Assembly: GCA_002269645.1 (NCBI GenBank)
Contig: NIVC01002197.1
Location: 1 to 64,000, forward strand
Length of the DNA: 64,000 nt
Direction: 5' to 3'
Origin: Macrostomum lignano
Lineage: Eukaryota
The position numbers and the translations under genes were made by a program. A model generated the notes under the pieces. It worked only from the letters and a program-made list of their open reading frames with translations, ran no database searches and had not been told where the DNA came from. Position 1 is the first letter of the stretch, and each line of letters starts with the position of its first letter. Positions 1 to 13,300 of this stretch are shown here, piece by piece.

Positions 1-1375
1 GATTAGGCCCTAGAGATTAATAGGTGATGTGATGCCGGCCGATGGTGCGATGCTACATAATTCTAAGGGTCACCTCCACTCACCTGGTTAGGCCTGCCGC
101 CTATTTTATCATCCTAAAATCCTACAAAATTTGTTTCGCTTCTGCTTTTATGACCGTCCATAAGTAACCAATGACACTCCAATTTACCTGTAATACTGTA
201 CTAGCCTATATATGATTAATGACTAATGTGCAGCTATAAAACTTCTTTTTTAAGCACTTGACTTTTTAAGAAAGACAAACTTTAACAAATATTATCAAAA
301 GCTTTTAGCATTTACTATAAAAGTAATTTAATTATTACTGTTAGAGTTACTATGTCTCTTTAAAAAATCACAAAATCGTCTATTTTTATGAAAATTTATT
401 AGATAAACTCGTGGTAGTGGGAATTTAATCTTCGCATTTTCATAGAAGTTGTATACCTTCGCATGTCCTTAAGCTCCCGGATCCTGAAGTCCTCCTCGTC
501 AATCAATGTAACAGTTGAAAAAGGTAGACAAGTTAACCTGCGGTGAAACCTCTCCCGTTGTCTAGTTTTTTTCTCTTGAGCTTCATAAATGAGTAGAAGA
601 ATTTACTCTCAACTTTCAAATGGTAAAATACGAGCTAACTTTAAATAAGTCTCCAATAAGCCTTATTGTGTGGCATTTGAATTAATAGCTTTGTAGAGTC
701 TTACAGCTTGACTTGAACTAGTATTTGGTTTGTATTATTTACAATTGCAGTGAATATTTACCTACAGTTTTTTCAGCGTGGTAATTGAACCATTTTCCAT
801 ACCAAGTATGGAATGAGTTAAAGCAATTCCATTGTCTAGTGCTAATGAGCGGTGAGCCAAGGAATGTATGTAGTTTATGCCTAATACTTTTGTTAAAATA
901 AAAGTCTTTATTTAATCTTAGGTATTATATAATGAGTATTTTAAATGTCATTTTTTGTATTGTTTGCACTCTTTTTAAGTGAAATTAAATTTTTTGTGGG
1001 AGTGGAAATATAGGCCTAGTTACACTTTGTATATTATTCAAACATATTGCTGGTAAGTAATGAAGACTTTTTATAATGCGCCAGCACATAAAATGTAATT
1101 TATTTGACATTTTTTTATATTTTTGCTTTAGTTTAGAATGAATGCAAAAAACTTTTTGGTATGCTACAAAAGTACTCTGAGTGAAACAACTAGAAAAAAT
1201 ATTGATGATAGATCTTCAATTTTTCTTTAAATTTTATATCCTAAATATCTCATTTTTATAGAAGCGATCAATATCTTTGATACAAAATAATTATTCATAA
1301 GCAATAATACTATTGATACTTTTACACTCATTTCTGGCAACTAACAAAACCTTTGATCCTCCTTGCATCAGCCAG

Positions 1376-4300
1376 GATGCATTTTGGAATGTCATAGTAG
1401 TGACTAGTCAGTCTGAAAAGTCAGTAGATCAAGTGTGTCAAGCTCTGATCATCGAAAAGCAGGCCAATCGTTTAAGTATTGGCGAAATACTCACAGTAGT
1501 AGACCCGGCACCCTGCATTGGCAGTGGTGGTGCTACTCTGAATGCCCTCTATTGCGTTGCGGAGCATCTGTCAGCCGCTAGTGGCTTGTGCACCCTCAGC
1601 CCCGATGAGGCTCTGGCCAATCGGAGAATTCTTTTGCTGCATGTTGGTTCTGGTAGCCGGCCGTATCTGTTTGACCCACTAGGTCGGCATGTGGTTATGG
1701 TGCCAACAGGAGGTGAGGCGTTGAAAATTTTTCTTAGTTTCTCATGGCTTATGCTAGTTATGGTGTGCCAAAATGAGTTATCACTGAATGTCAAAGTGGT
1801 TGCCATTCGATGTCAACATGAGAGTCACTGGATGCTATCATGACTGTCACTGGATGGCATCATGAATGTCACTGGATGCCGTCATGACTGTTACTGGATG
1901 CCAGCATGATTGTTGATAGATAGAACAGATAGAATCAAATGATATAGTTTTAAAATACGATCGTCCATTTCTCTACCAGATGGCGTCGATGAAGTGACGA
2001 AATCCGAAAACGTCTCGCTTGTCTCGGAGCGTTGGGCATCGTTAGCCGTTCACTGCGTTCGCCAGATGACCTGGTTTTGTTCCGCTAGTGCTGCCACCCC
2101 CGACAAAGACAATATCGATGCGTCAGCTGAGGCGGATGCAAGCCCGGCCGGTGTCTGGGTCTGCGGTACCGACTTTTATATGCGCCTGTCTCGGCCAGTC
2201 TCTTGGGGACAGCTTGTTAGCGATAGTTGTCCCGAGGTAGGTATTGCATGCTTTGAACTTATATAGGTTTTTCTCTGTAAGCCTAGTGAGGGGGTTGTAG
2301 CCTAGTGAGGGGGTTGTAGCCTAGTGAGGGGGTTGTAGCCTAGTGAGGGGGTTGTAGCCTAGTGAGGAGGTTGTAGCCTAGTGAGGAGGTTGTAGCCTAG
2401 TGAGGGGGTTGTAGCCTAGTGGCGTCGGACTCACGAATGAAAGATCGGGGGTTCGCTTCCTAACCCACTTGAAACAAATGTGTGTCCTTGAGCAAAGCGC
2501 TTAACTCTGCATTGCTTCAGTTCGTAAAATGGGTGCCAGCATTAGCTGGGGTAATTGAGGGTTGTGTGTGTGTGTGGCAACCCCCAGTCATTGGACTGAA
2601 CAGCGGTACGCAGCCTTCAGATGCGCCGCGCAATACTATTAGGGCAGGTGTAATCAAACTATTATTATTATATTATTAGGCTTTTTTAATTAGACCCCCT
2701 TCCAGATCGTTGTTAGACAAATTAGTGAACAAATTGTCGAGAGTCGACAATGGTCGAGAGTCGGTAGCGGTCATGTCATGTCCTGAATTTCTCATTGTCG
2801 GAATACACGCCTCAAGTACAAACAAGTCCTACCCATGGCCACATAAATATGGCCTCTCGTTAAATGAACTCTAGTAGATTTAGAGCTAATAAGGGGTCGT
2901 AAAAATGAGACACAAGTTCTCTCAAAGATCATCTCTACTGTTATTCCACCTTAAGGTGCTAACAGTAGCTGGCTTGTGCAGCGCAGATGAGGCCATGCAA
3001 CACGGTGTACTGGCTCTAGACTCAGCCACCGGCTTTGTTACTCAAGTTGTCTACAGACCAAGTGCCGAGTCTCTAGTTGGCCTCGAAATCGGTTGCGTAC
3101 CCGATGACTCATCCTCGAAGTTGTCGCCCAGATTTGCCCGCGTGTCCGGGCCGTATTATTTTCCACCATCGGTGGCCGCGGCGATGGTCGGCCTGCACAC
3201 TACCGCTCCGCTGCATGGATGCATCTACGACGGGATTGACAGCGGAGCTCCGCCGATCTACCTGTCACTCGTCTTTGACCTGCTGGCAGCATTCTGTTGT
3301 CCCGACTCGAAAGATCAGGCTAGTGACGAGCCTAATGAACTTTTAGCGTCGGCATCTACAACTGAGCTTGCGATGCGTCAGAGCAGAGGACTTGGTGATT
3401 TAGCAACCTTAGCGGCATTGAATGCTGCGGAGTCTGCGGCTAGAATTGATGAAGCTAATCGACAGTTAAAGGATCGGCTAGGAGGCTTTAAAAACCGACT
3501 GGTCCTGCTGTCTGGGGCAGAGTTTTGCTATCTGGCCAATGAGCCCGAGGCTTATTTCCGATTGCTGTTGGACTTTCAGTCGCAAACTTTGTCTACTTGG
3601 AGGTTTCACTGCAGCTACAATGTTGATTGCAGCGTGGAATCTGCAGCTATGGTGGCAGTTTCCGGCTTGTCAGAAGCATCCGCGGCTACTGAGAGACAGC
3701 AGGTGCTGTTGAAAAAATTGATTCAACTGCCTGTTGATTGTTATTTAAGTTGCGTACGAGTTCGACTACGAGATGATGAAGATGGTGCATCAGGTGTGTA
3801 TTTTTAGGTTACTCCCACTGACATTTTTTTAGCTTGAGCACATACAATGGCAACAATACTGTACGCATGCACGCACTCACAAAATGCTCACCCGGTGTAC
3901 AGCGGCCCTGGCTTTCTACTCGTCAGACATGTACACTCTCTGTTTTGGGGGCTTGGCCCCAAGCTTCCATGAGGTGTACGCATCCGTTTGCGTGAGATAT
4001 TTCATCATGGGTGACTACGAGCTATAATCAGCACCCATTCACATCCAGCATAGGTCACTGCAACTTGGCTTCAAATGGTTCTGTTAAATCCTTCATCGCT
4101 TTTTCTCATTCTTCTAACAGCAAGCGACGGCAGTCGAGTTTACTTTGGAGTTGCTAGAGCGGACCAACCGATGAGCCCTTTGATTGATAAGACTCAACAA
4201 GCAGAGTCGGAACATCGTTGCTCAATACTTGGCCAATCAGTGAACAATTTCTGCTTAAGAACTGGTCTAAAATTGGCTGAGTTATTTCACGATAACGACT

Positions 4301-7300
4301 CAAAGCTGCCGCAGTGTCTTTGGCACTGTCGACTTTTCCCTGTCACTGGGGCCAGCGATGAAGAAAAAGTGAGTTAAACTGTCATCGAGTTTTTTGTTTA
4401 TATTGATGTTTACTTTAACAATCTCAACTTAGTGGCCCTAAACCGACTCAAGCCACTCGTAAAATGCTCTTTAACAAATTGAACAGATATACTGTATAGG
4501 AAAGTGTCAACTTTTACGTAATAAAATTTCTCAGCCGTATATTTCTATGCTGATTGTCTTTTCTGAAAAGTACTACTGAAAGCAGACGAAAAAGAAATTT
4601 CTAGAAATTTAAGCAAAATTCAAAGAAATTTCGAATTTATTCTGTCATAGGTTCGCAGGGTTAGGAACCATTGAATCATAGGGCGGACAACCATTGTATC
4701 ATGGTGTCATAGAGATGAGGATTATTGCGTTATGGTGTCATGGAGCTGAGGACTTTTGCGTCATAGTATCACAGAGCTGACAACCATTGCGTCATAGTAT
4801 CACAGAGCTGACAACCATTGCGTCATAGTATCACAGAGCTGATAACCATTGCGTCATAGTATCACAGAGCTGACAACCATTGCGTCATAGTATCACAGAG
4901 CTGACAACCATTGCGTCATAGTATCACAGAGCTGACAACCATTGCGTCATAGTATCACAGAGCTGACAACCTTGCGTCATAGTGTCACAGAGCTGACAAC
5001 CATTGCGTCATAGTGTCACAGAGCTGACAACCATTGCGTCATAGTATCACAGAGCTGACAACCATTGCGTCATAGTATCACAGAGCTGACAACCATTGCG
5101 TCATAGTATCACAGAGCTGACAACCATTGCGTCATAGTGTCACATAAGGTCTTTATGTACAACCTTCGTCTACTTTACAGATGGCTTAAGAAAGCGATAA
5201 TGGAAGAAAGCCTCCAGGCCTCAAGGGGAGGAGAGAGGCTCACCACGTGACTCAAGTCCGCTTATTAAAAGGCCAGAAAATTAGAAGGTTCGATTTAAGT
5301 TCAAAGCATCTCCTTGTAACTGTGCGTGCTCCATCGGATTGCTGCTTTCTTGTTTATTGCATTCGAACAAAGGCAGAGCTGGGCTCATTCCAGAGCATTA
5401 AATAAAAATTTTCTTTTAAATCCCTATACCTCACACCATCTCACTTGACTTAGCTGCAGGGGGCTCCGGGCACCCAGATACAGCATGGAGGCGTTCCGCC
5501 CATTTCGCTAACCCCTGGCGACCACGGGCAGCTGGTGCTGCGGTGTCGCGCAGGGAGATCCGTTGGTGCCGGTGTATGCAGCGCGATCCCCCTCCGGAGA
5601 GTCCAGAAAGTGGATGGTCGCTCGCCCGGTAGCCCTTAGGGTAGCGGACGAGCTGGCAGAGATTCTCGGGCCTGAAAACGTCGGAGAGGTCCGGGTTTGG
5701 GCCGAGGTAGGTAAGCCTGTCCTGAGTAAAGGCGGGGCATTCACAGATGAAGTGCTCCGCATTCTCGACACCGGAGAGGCAGAAAAGGCATTCCTCACTG
5801 CGGATTTTTCCCTGGAGGTGACAATCTCTGGCAAAACAACCATGACCTGAGAGGGCCATGGTAACCGCCCTGATCTCCCTGCGGTTGAGGGGATCCACCT
5901 AAGGGACACCTTGTTGGAGGCGCCCTACGCGATTAAGCTGCCCGATGCAGTTGAGGACTGTACGCGAGAAGGTTGTGTTGCGATCAAGGGCGTGGAAGGT
6001 GAAATTCCCCCAAACTTGTTGATTGTACAGCTCGATGGCGCAGGAGCTGGTGGAGAGAACTTCGTTCTGGAAGACGGTAGAGCAGGTTCCGGTGTGCTGG
6101 GAGAAGGTCGCCACGGTTCTCCCTCCAGACACTATTCAGTAGCTGTAGCCAGAGATGAGGTTAATTCGGGACCCGTCAGTGAATCAGTGAATTTCACGGG
6201 GTTTCCAGTTATCCCTTTTTAGTGAGGGGTGGAATGCTGGTTTTGAATTTTAGCGGAGGGCAGAGCGTGGACGGGATTCCTTTCGAGAGGGTCAGCACAG
6301 ACAGCGGCGGTCGATCGTTGCCTCTCCACCGACAGATCAAAAGGGAAGATCCAGTGAATGCTAGCAAAAAGCGTAGAGGGAGCCGCGCTCATGATAGCTC
6401 GACAAGCTCGACCTTGCACCTTTTAAGAAGTTCAATGACTTTATATGCTTCTTTCCTAGGTTAATTGACAGTTTGATCAATATTTGTGTTAAAAAAGTCT
6501 GTCAGCAGTTTCATAGCTTTGAAGATAGGAGCATTTTGTCAGTTTGAAATTTTCAACAGAAACAGTTGTTTATCCAAAGAATCCAATTAATTTGGAGAAA
6601 CAAGCTATGCTATTTGTATTTTCATGCAGTCAGGATGGAAATTTAGAGATTGCTGTAATGCTGTGACTCTTGGGCAAGAATTGCTGAGTTGTCAAGTCTG
6701 CTGTGGCTCATGAGGGGGGCGCTGATTGCTAGTCTAGAATCTAAAATTTAACACAAAGGCCCCCTTTGTCTTCTACAAACGCAAGTAAAATTTTGAAACG
6801 CTGAAATCACAATGGGCTTTACTGACGGAATTACGACTTGTATTTAACGATGAATAAACCATTCTATTGCGCGAACAAAAGCGAAGTGCTAACCGGAGGT
6901 ACAACAGCGACACAGCTCGCGAGCAAAATTCGTCAGCTTAATTGTATTCATTTTGAAAACCTTTTAAACTGATTGCTTTTTACTGGAAAAATTCTCGAAA
7001 AGCATCATAAACGTGCAAATCGCGCTTGATTAAATAATCCTTATAACTTTTATGGTGTTTGAAAAGTCACAACAAATATGGTATGATCGACTAAGCAACG
7101 CAGTGAAGCGTCGTTTTTTTCGATCTAAAATAGAAGCATGATGACGCAATAAATCGTGTTATCTAAAAATAGAAACAGAGTAAACACAATAGCTAAATGA
7201 TGTGACCTAAAAAAAGACACAAGATGAACACGGTAAAGCGTGTGATGTAACAATAAAACCAGAACACGAGAGTAGCGCGCAGAGGGTACAGGTATTATAA

Positions 7301-10300
7301 TCTGCTGTTCAAATTATTATCAATTCGGTCAAATCATATGTTCAAAAGTGACCTTACATGTTTCGCTAGGTTTTTTACTGTGATTAGTCAATAGAAATAA
7401 GTTTAATGGGTAGCTAAGGACGAAATCAGGGAAACTAAACTAGCGCTTAAACAACAAATATGGATATCTGCGAAGTATGTTGCCAAAAAAGGACTGTCTA
7501 AGAGGAATAACAAGACGCATGGATAATTTCAATCTCTCAAACGTCATCAGTCATCAGTTCTGCCAATTCACTTAACTCCTTTGCTGTGTATCCATAGTTA
7601 GCCACTTTTAGAATCGGCCTTAATTGTTCCATTGCTGAACGATTTCAAACAGTGTCTAAACGCGGCACTTCGTTTGTACAAGACAAAGAAGTTGACGCAC
7701 TGATTCACCAAAGCCAGGGTGAGGCTGGTGTAAGCTAGGTTCGTTATCAGAACCAAATAGTCCAAGTTTTCGGCTATGTCCAGCAAGTAAATTGAAATCT
7801 CCATCACTGGTCTCATTATCATGAGCGGCAACGTCAGTAGAAAGTAGATGATAGACAAAATTAGAACGAGCATAGTTCCGTTTAACTTCTGGGCACTGCC
7901 GTTCCCTGTGCTATTGTTGCTAGTATTCGAATAGAGAAGCTTCCGCTTCTTCACAGCCGAGGTCACCTCGTAGAGCAGGAAAACGTTCAGCCCCAGCATC
8001 AGCACGATAAAGATCAATGGCGGATTGGACATTACCGTTGTGTAAGCAAGCATCAACAGTTGAGTCTGCTTCGAGTGATAGCAGTAGATTAAAACGATTC
8101 CGCCTGGCATGTGAACTGTCTCGTGACCAACTAGAATGCCGTTCGGCAGGGCGATCATCGCCGCCAATACGAACGATGCAATGAGAGCCCTGACCGCCCA
8201 CTTTATGCCAACTTTCCTCATCATCAGCGGCCGTCGAACAACCAACACCCGGTCAGTCACCAGCACTAGCAGCCACATGCAGGACAGAGCGTGGCAGAAG
8301 TTCATAGCGTAGCGAGATATTTTGCACGCGACGTCGTTCAGATTGTAACTGAAGAAGCCAAATTTGCCTCTGGTGATCCAAGACAGGCCTTTAGTTAGGA
8401 ATCCGTTGAAAATTCCGATCACTACTAGGCTAATAGTGTCCGCAATGGCGATGCAACCCAAGTAGAGATTCTGCCGACTAAGCGGTCTCAGGCGGCGTAG
8501 CATGGCGTGGGCAACGAGGCTGTTGCCGATGGCTCCAATAACAATGATGATTGGCAGCAAGATGGCTGAAATTGACCCGATCACGTGGGACAGAATGCAG
8601 TACAGATGCCTCGACGGGTCTCCACTTTCACAATCTCGCACAATCTGCATCGCGCTCTCTACGAAACCGAATCTTATCAGTTTTTTCGATTCATTTTTCG
8701 TATGGAGATTATCGGCTTGCATATTGCTGCTTTAATGAAGTATTTCTAAACGGAGTCATCGATAGCAGCAGCTTGTGAACTCTCTTCTTGGAGATGTTTA
8801 AATCAATCCAGCGATCCGGCAATATTCAGGCATGATCCAATCAAATCTTGCCAAATTTTTAAAGGCATATCCTATTGGCCAAATTCATCGAATTGGAGTA
8901 CTTCTTGTGAGCCAGACAGATTTCTTGTCAACAAAAAAACTGACAAAATATTTGCACAGATTTTTTTCTTGAAGTCTTGTTTTGGTACCCATGGTCACTT
9001 GTATTTGTGCTTTGGTCAAAATTTTAAGGAGCATAAATTCTTTGATCAAGAGCTGAATCAACTAGCCTGGCTGATTTTAGGTGGACGTAACTAAAAAAGA
9101 GTGTCTTTATTGGGAAGTTGTTAGAGCCTAAGTTTGACAAGTAGGAGAAGCCATGCACTTTTTAAGTCTTTTTAGTCAAGAATCAACTGCTCTCAAATGT
9201 CAACGATTAAAAAAAATTGTTTTTTAGCTACGAATCCTAATTTGAAACAGCGCGTGGAGACTGCGAGTTCAATATGGCTTTGAAGAAGATTAAATATATA
9301 ATGTTTCATGGTTTTTAATCTAAATGATGAATAAACAACACGGGACTGCCTGGTAAAATATTATATTTGTTTTACTGAGTGACCTCAGATCTAATTAAAA
9401 CTATATGTTAAAATATTCGGCATGTAAAGAGCAATGCATTGTTTTTACTATGATTTTAAACTTTTTCCATCAATATCTCAATATTAGTAACTTACTTCTT
9501 GTCTATATATTACAAAGGATGAATTATCATTGTTCGTAAAATTATAACCCTATTTATACCAATAAAAACCGACTCAATTAGACATTCACTGCGATTAATA
9601 ATAAATCATCTATAGATAAACCTTTACGAAATACCGAACTCGAGAAGTAGTTCTGGAATTGTAGAATGCATAAACCAGTACTATAAAATAACTATTGACT
9701 CCTATATAATGATTAATCTACTAGATGACTTGTGCCACTAACGCTAGTACAAGTAGTGTAGTGCCTACAAGCATATAACAACGCTATATAAAACACTTGT
9801 ACGTATAAGTACAGTCAAACCGTACATCTACGGTTGAGGTCTAAACTCAGCCAAGCAAAAACGGACTTAAAGCACAGAACCCGATCAGGCGGGAATTAAG
9901 GTTAAAAGCCAGGAAAGTTATAATCATGAAAGTTTCTATGGCACAGCGTTTAGGTGAACTGAACTGAACCTAAGCGTTACGGAAGCTGATGGATTTTGAT
10001 GGCATTAGCGTTGCTTGATGTCTTTTGGGTAAAGCTCAAAGCAAAAATTTTATAAACGTAAAATTCCAACAAAACTGAGGGCCTCAAAGGCGGTCGCTTC
10101 AACATTGTCGAAACTTCACATTGACGTAACTTTACATTGTCGAAACTTCACATTTTCGAAATTTCACATCGACTAAACTTACTTCAAATTTCGAGCACAG
10201 TATTTCAAAACGTCAAAACTTCGATGTAAAATTTCGACAATGTAAAGCGAAGTGTAATGTCAATAAAACTACTTTGCAATAAAACTTCAGCTTGAAATTC

Positions 10301-13300
10301 TCGCCTGGCTGTTCAACTGCCCTGATGGCGACGGCGCGTCTCAACCGGATTTAGCCGCTCTGTGGCGCCGTTGCCGCCGACTGTCAATGGCCGAAATTGT
10401 TGCCAATGTTGACATCGACTCGGAGCTGACGCATCGTCGATCAGTAGCCCAATCGGCTCTTGTCAGAGCTTTGTCAGCCACGCTGCGACACTCTAGCGGC
10501 ACTCGCAGCAGTGGTGGGGTGTCAGGCCTCAGGTCTTTGTTCGGCTTGGCTGTCGCCCATGGTTTCGACAGCCCACTGCTGCCCGCTCTCGACTCGCTGG
10601 CTCTGCGGCTGGCAGCCGAGGGAGGCGGGGACGGCATCGCCAGGGCGAGGTCGGCTCGAGTGCTGGCCGCCATCGGGCTGCTGCTGGGTGAGTCTGTGAT
10701 TTGATGCCTGTCACTCTGCCGTAATCTCAGCCCTACATGTAGCTATCTGTGCCTGTCACTCTGCCGTAATCTCAGCCCTGCATGTAGCTGTCTGTGCCTG
10801 TCGCTCTGCCGTAATCTCAGCCCTGCATGTAGCTGTCTGTGCCTGTCGCTCTGCCGTAATCTCAGCCCTGCATGTAGCTGTCTGTGCCTGTCGCTCTGCC
10901 GTAATCTCAGCCCTGCATGTAGCTGTCTGTGCCTGTCGCTCTGCCGTAATCTCAGCCCTGCATGTAGCTGTCTGTGCCTGTCACTCTGCCGTAATCTCAG
11001 CCCTGCATGTAGCTGTCTGGGCCTGTCACTCCTCCATCTCACTCCCAGTACCCGCCTGTCACTCCTCCATCTCACTCCCAATAACCGCCCGTCACTCCTC
11101 CATCTCACTCCCAGTACCCGCCTGTCACTCCTCCATCTCACTCCCAGTACCCGCCGGTCACTCCTCCATCTCACTCCCAATAACCGCCCGACACTCCTCC
11201 ATCTCACTCCCAGTACCCGCCTGTCACTCCTCCATCTCACTCCCAGTACCCGCCTGTCACTCCTCCATCTCACTCCCAGTACCCGCCGGTCACTCCTCCA
11301 TCTCACTCCCAGTACCCGCCTGTCACACCACCCTCAGGCACCCAAGCCGGCAGTCGCGGCGGCCTCCGCAGCGGCCCGGCCGATAACCGACGCTGGTCGG
11401 GGGCCCTGTTGGACATCTCAGCCGGACAGCTCTCGGCCGGTCTGTCCGGCATGGCCGAACTTCGAGCCGAGTGGGCCGGCCGGCCGGATCTGCTAATGCG
11501 AGCGGCGCGGCACTACGAGAGAGCCGCACAGCTGCTGGTGTCCGGCGCCGTACGAGCGTCCTGCCTTGACGACCAGCTTGGTGAGTGAGTGGGCTTTGTT
11601 TGTTTGCTCCTGACAAGGTTCTCGCTAGCTCAAGTGAACGAATCATTAATAATAACCCATTTCCTAATCCTCATTAAAAATCAGTATCTTAATCCTCTTT
11701 GAATATCCATATCTTAATTCCTCTCATTGATAATCCATATCTTAGTCCTCATAGATTATCTAAATCTTAGTCCTCATAGATTATCTAAATCTTAATCCTC
11801 ATTGATTATCCATATCTTAATCCCCATTGATTATCCATATCTTAATCCTCATTGATAATCCATATCTTAGTCCTCATAGATAATCCAAAACTTAATCCTC
11901 ATTGATAATCCATATCTTAATCCTCATTGATAATCCATATCTTAATCCTCATTGATAATCCATATCTTAATCCTCATTGATAATCCATATCTTAATCTTC
12001 ATTGATAATCTGGTTGACACCTGAATCTCCGGCATGGCACTGCCTCGCAGATGCAGCCAGAAGCGTGTCGCGGCCAATCCGCCCAGCGGTGCCCATCGGC
12101 CATGGCGTCACAGCGCTGTGTCCGGCTCGCATTGATCTGTCCGGCGGTTGGTCGGACACGCCGCCAATCTGCTGGGAATTCGGCGGCTGCGTCGCCAATA
12201 TTGCCGTCCTAGTTGACGGCCGGAAACCCATCGGCTGCCGGGTTGAAGCCTTTGACCATCGGCCTGGGCCTGGTCGATCACTGATTGAACTGGTGAACGC
12301 TGACGCCAACTCCAGCGGTGCTGTCGTTGGACTAAACAGTCTTGAAGACTTAGCTGACTGTTCCAGGCCGCTGGTGCCTGGAGCTTTAGCTAAATGCTGC
12401 CTAATCGTGTCCGGTTTGTTTAGCGTTGACAACTCTGCCGCCGGCGGCAGTTTAGCCGAACAGGTGTTGCGCGTGTGCGGCTCGGAACAGCGGGGCATTC
12501 GGGTGACAGCTTGGTCTGTTTTGCCGGCTGGCTCCGGTCTGGGCACCAGCAGCATCTTAGCTGCGGCTGTACTGGCGGCTCTTCATAGATGGGCTGGGCT
12601 AGGCACCGATTTGGACAGGCTAGTGCGGGGAGTGCTGGCTGTTGAGCAGCTGCTGAGCACCGGAGGCGGATGGCAGGATCAAGTTGGCGGCCTGTATCCA
12701 GGAATTAAGGTGGCAAGGTCGCCTAAAGGACTGCCGTTGAGGGTGCAGGTGAGTTTTTGGTGTAGGTGTATTTTAGGCAGTTTTGTAGGGAGAAATAGAG
12801 GCTTTGAGCACAGATCGGAGCGACAGTCTAATTTTTCAAGCAGTTATGCTTCCCTCAGGTGAGGCTTAGATCCCATTCAGATACTTAGGTGAGGCTCAGA
12901 TGCCATTTAGGTACTTAGGTGAGGCTCAGATGCCATTCAGGTACTTAGGTGAGGCTCAGATGCCATTTAGGTACTTAGGTGAGGCTCAGATGCCATTTAG
13001 GTACTTAGGTGAGGCTCAGATGCCATTTAGGTACTTAGGTGAGGCTCAGATGCCATTCAGGTACTTAGGTGAGGCTCAGATGCCATTTAGGTACTTAGGT
13101 GAGGCTCAGATGCCATTTAGGTACTTAGGTGAGGCTCAGATGCCATTCAGGTACTAAGGTGAGGCTCAGAATCCTCAGATGCCATTCAGGTACTTAGGTG
13201 AGGCTCAGATCCCCATTCAGATACTTAGGTAAGGCTCAGATCCCATTCAGATACTTAGGTGGGGCTCAGATCCCATTCAGATACTTAGGTGGGGCTCAGA

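Noticed and set aside
1-113. Minus-strand micro-exon 84-113 (DDKIGGRPNQ) with a 74-nt intron: a gene head-to-head with FCSK
   Set aside because: Splice signals are canonical but it is only 10 codons, could not be joined in phase to upstream candidates (~457-520), and has no recognisable domain.
3895-3936. Hammerhead ribozyme on the minus strand (CTGACGA-GTA-GAAA); also CTGATGAAGCC at ~35243
   Set aside because: No NUH cleavage triplet adjoining stem I, and the core is mutated in copies 2 and 3 (CTAACGA/TAAA, CGGACGA). The 35243 site lacks GAAA.
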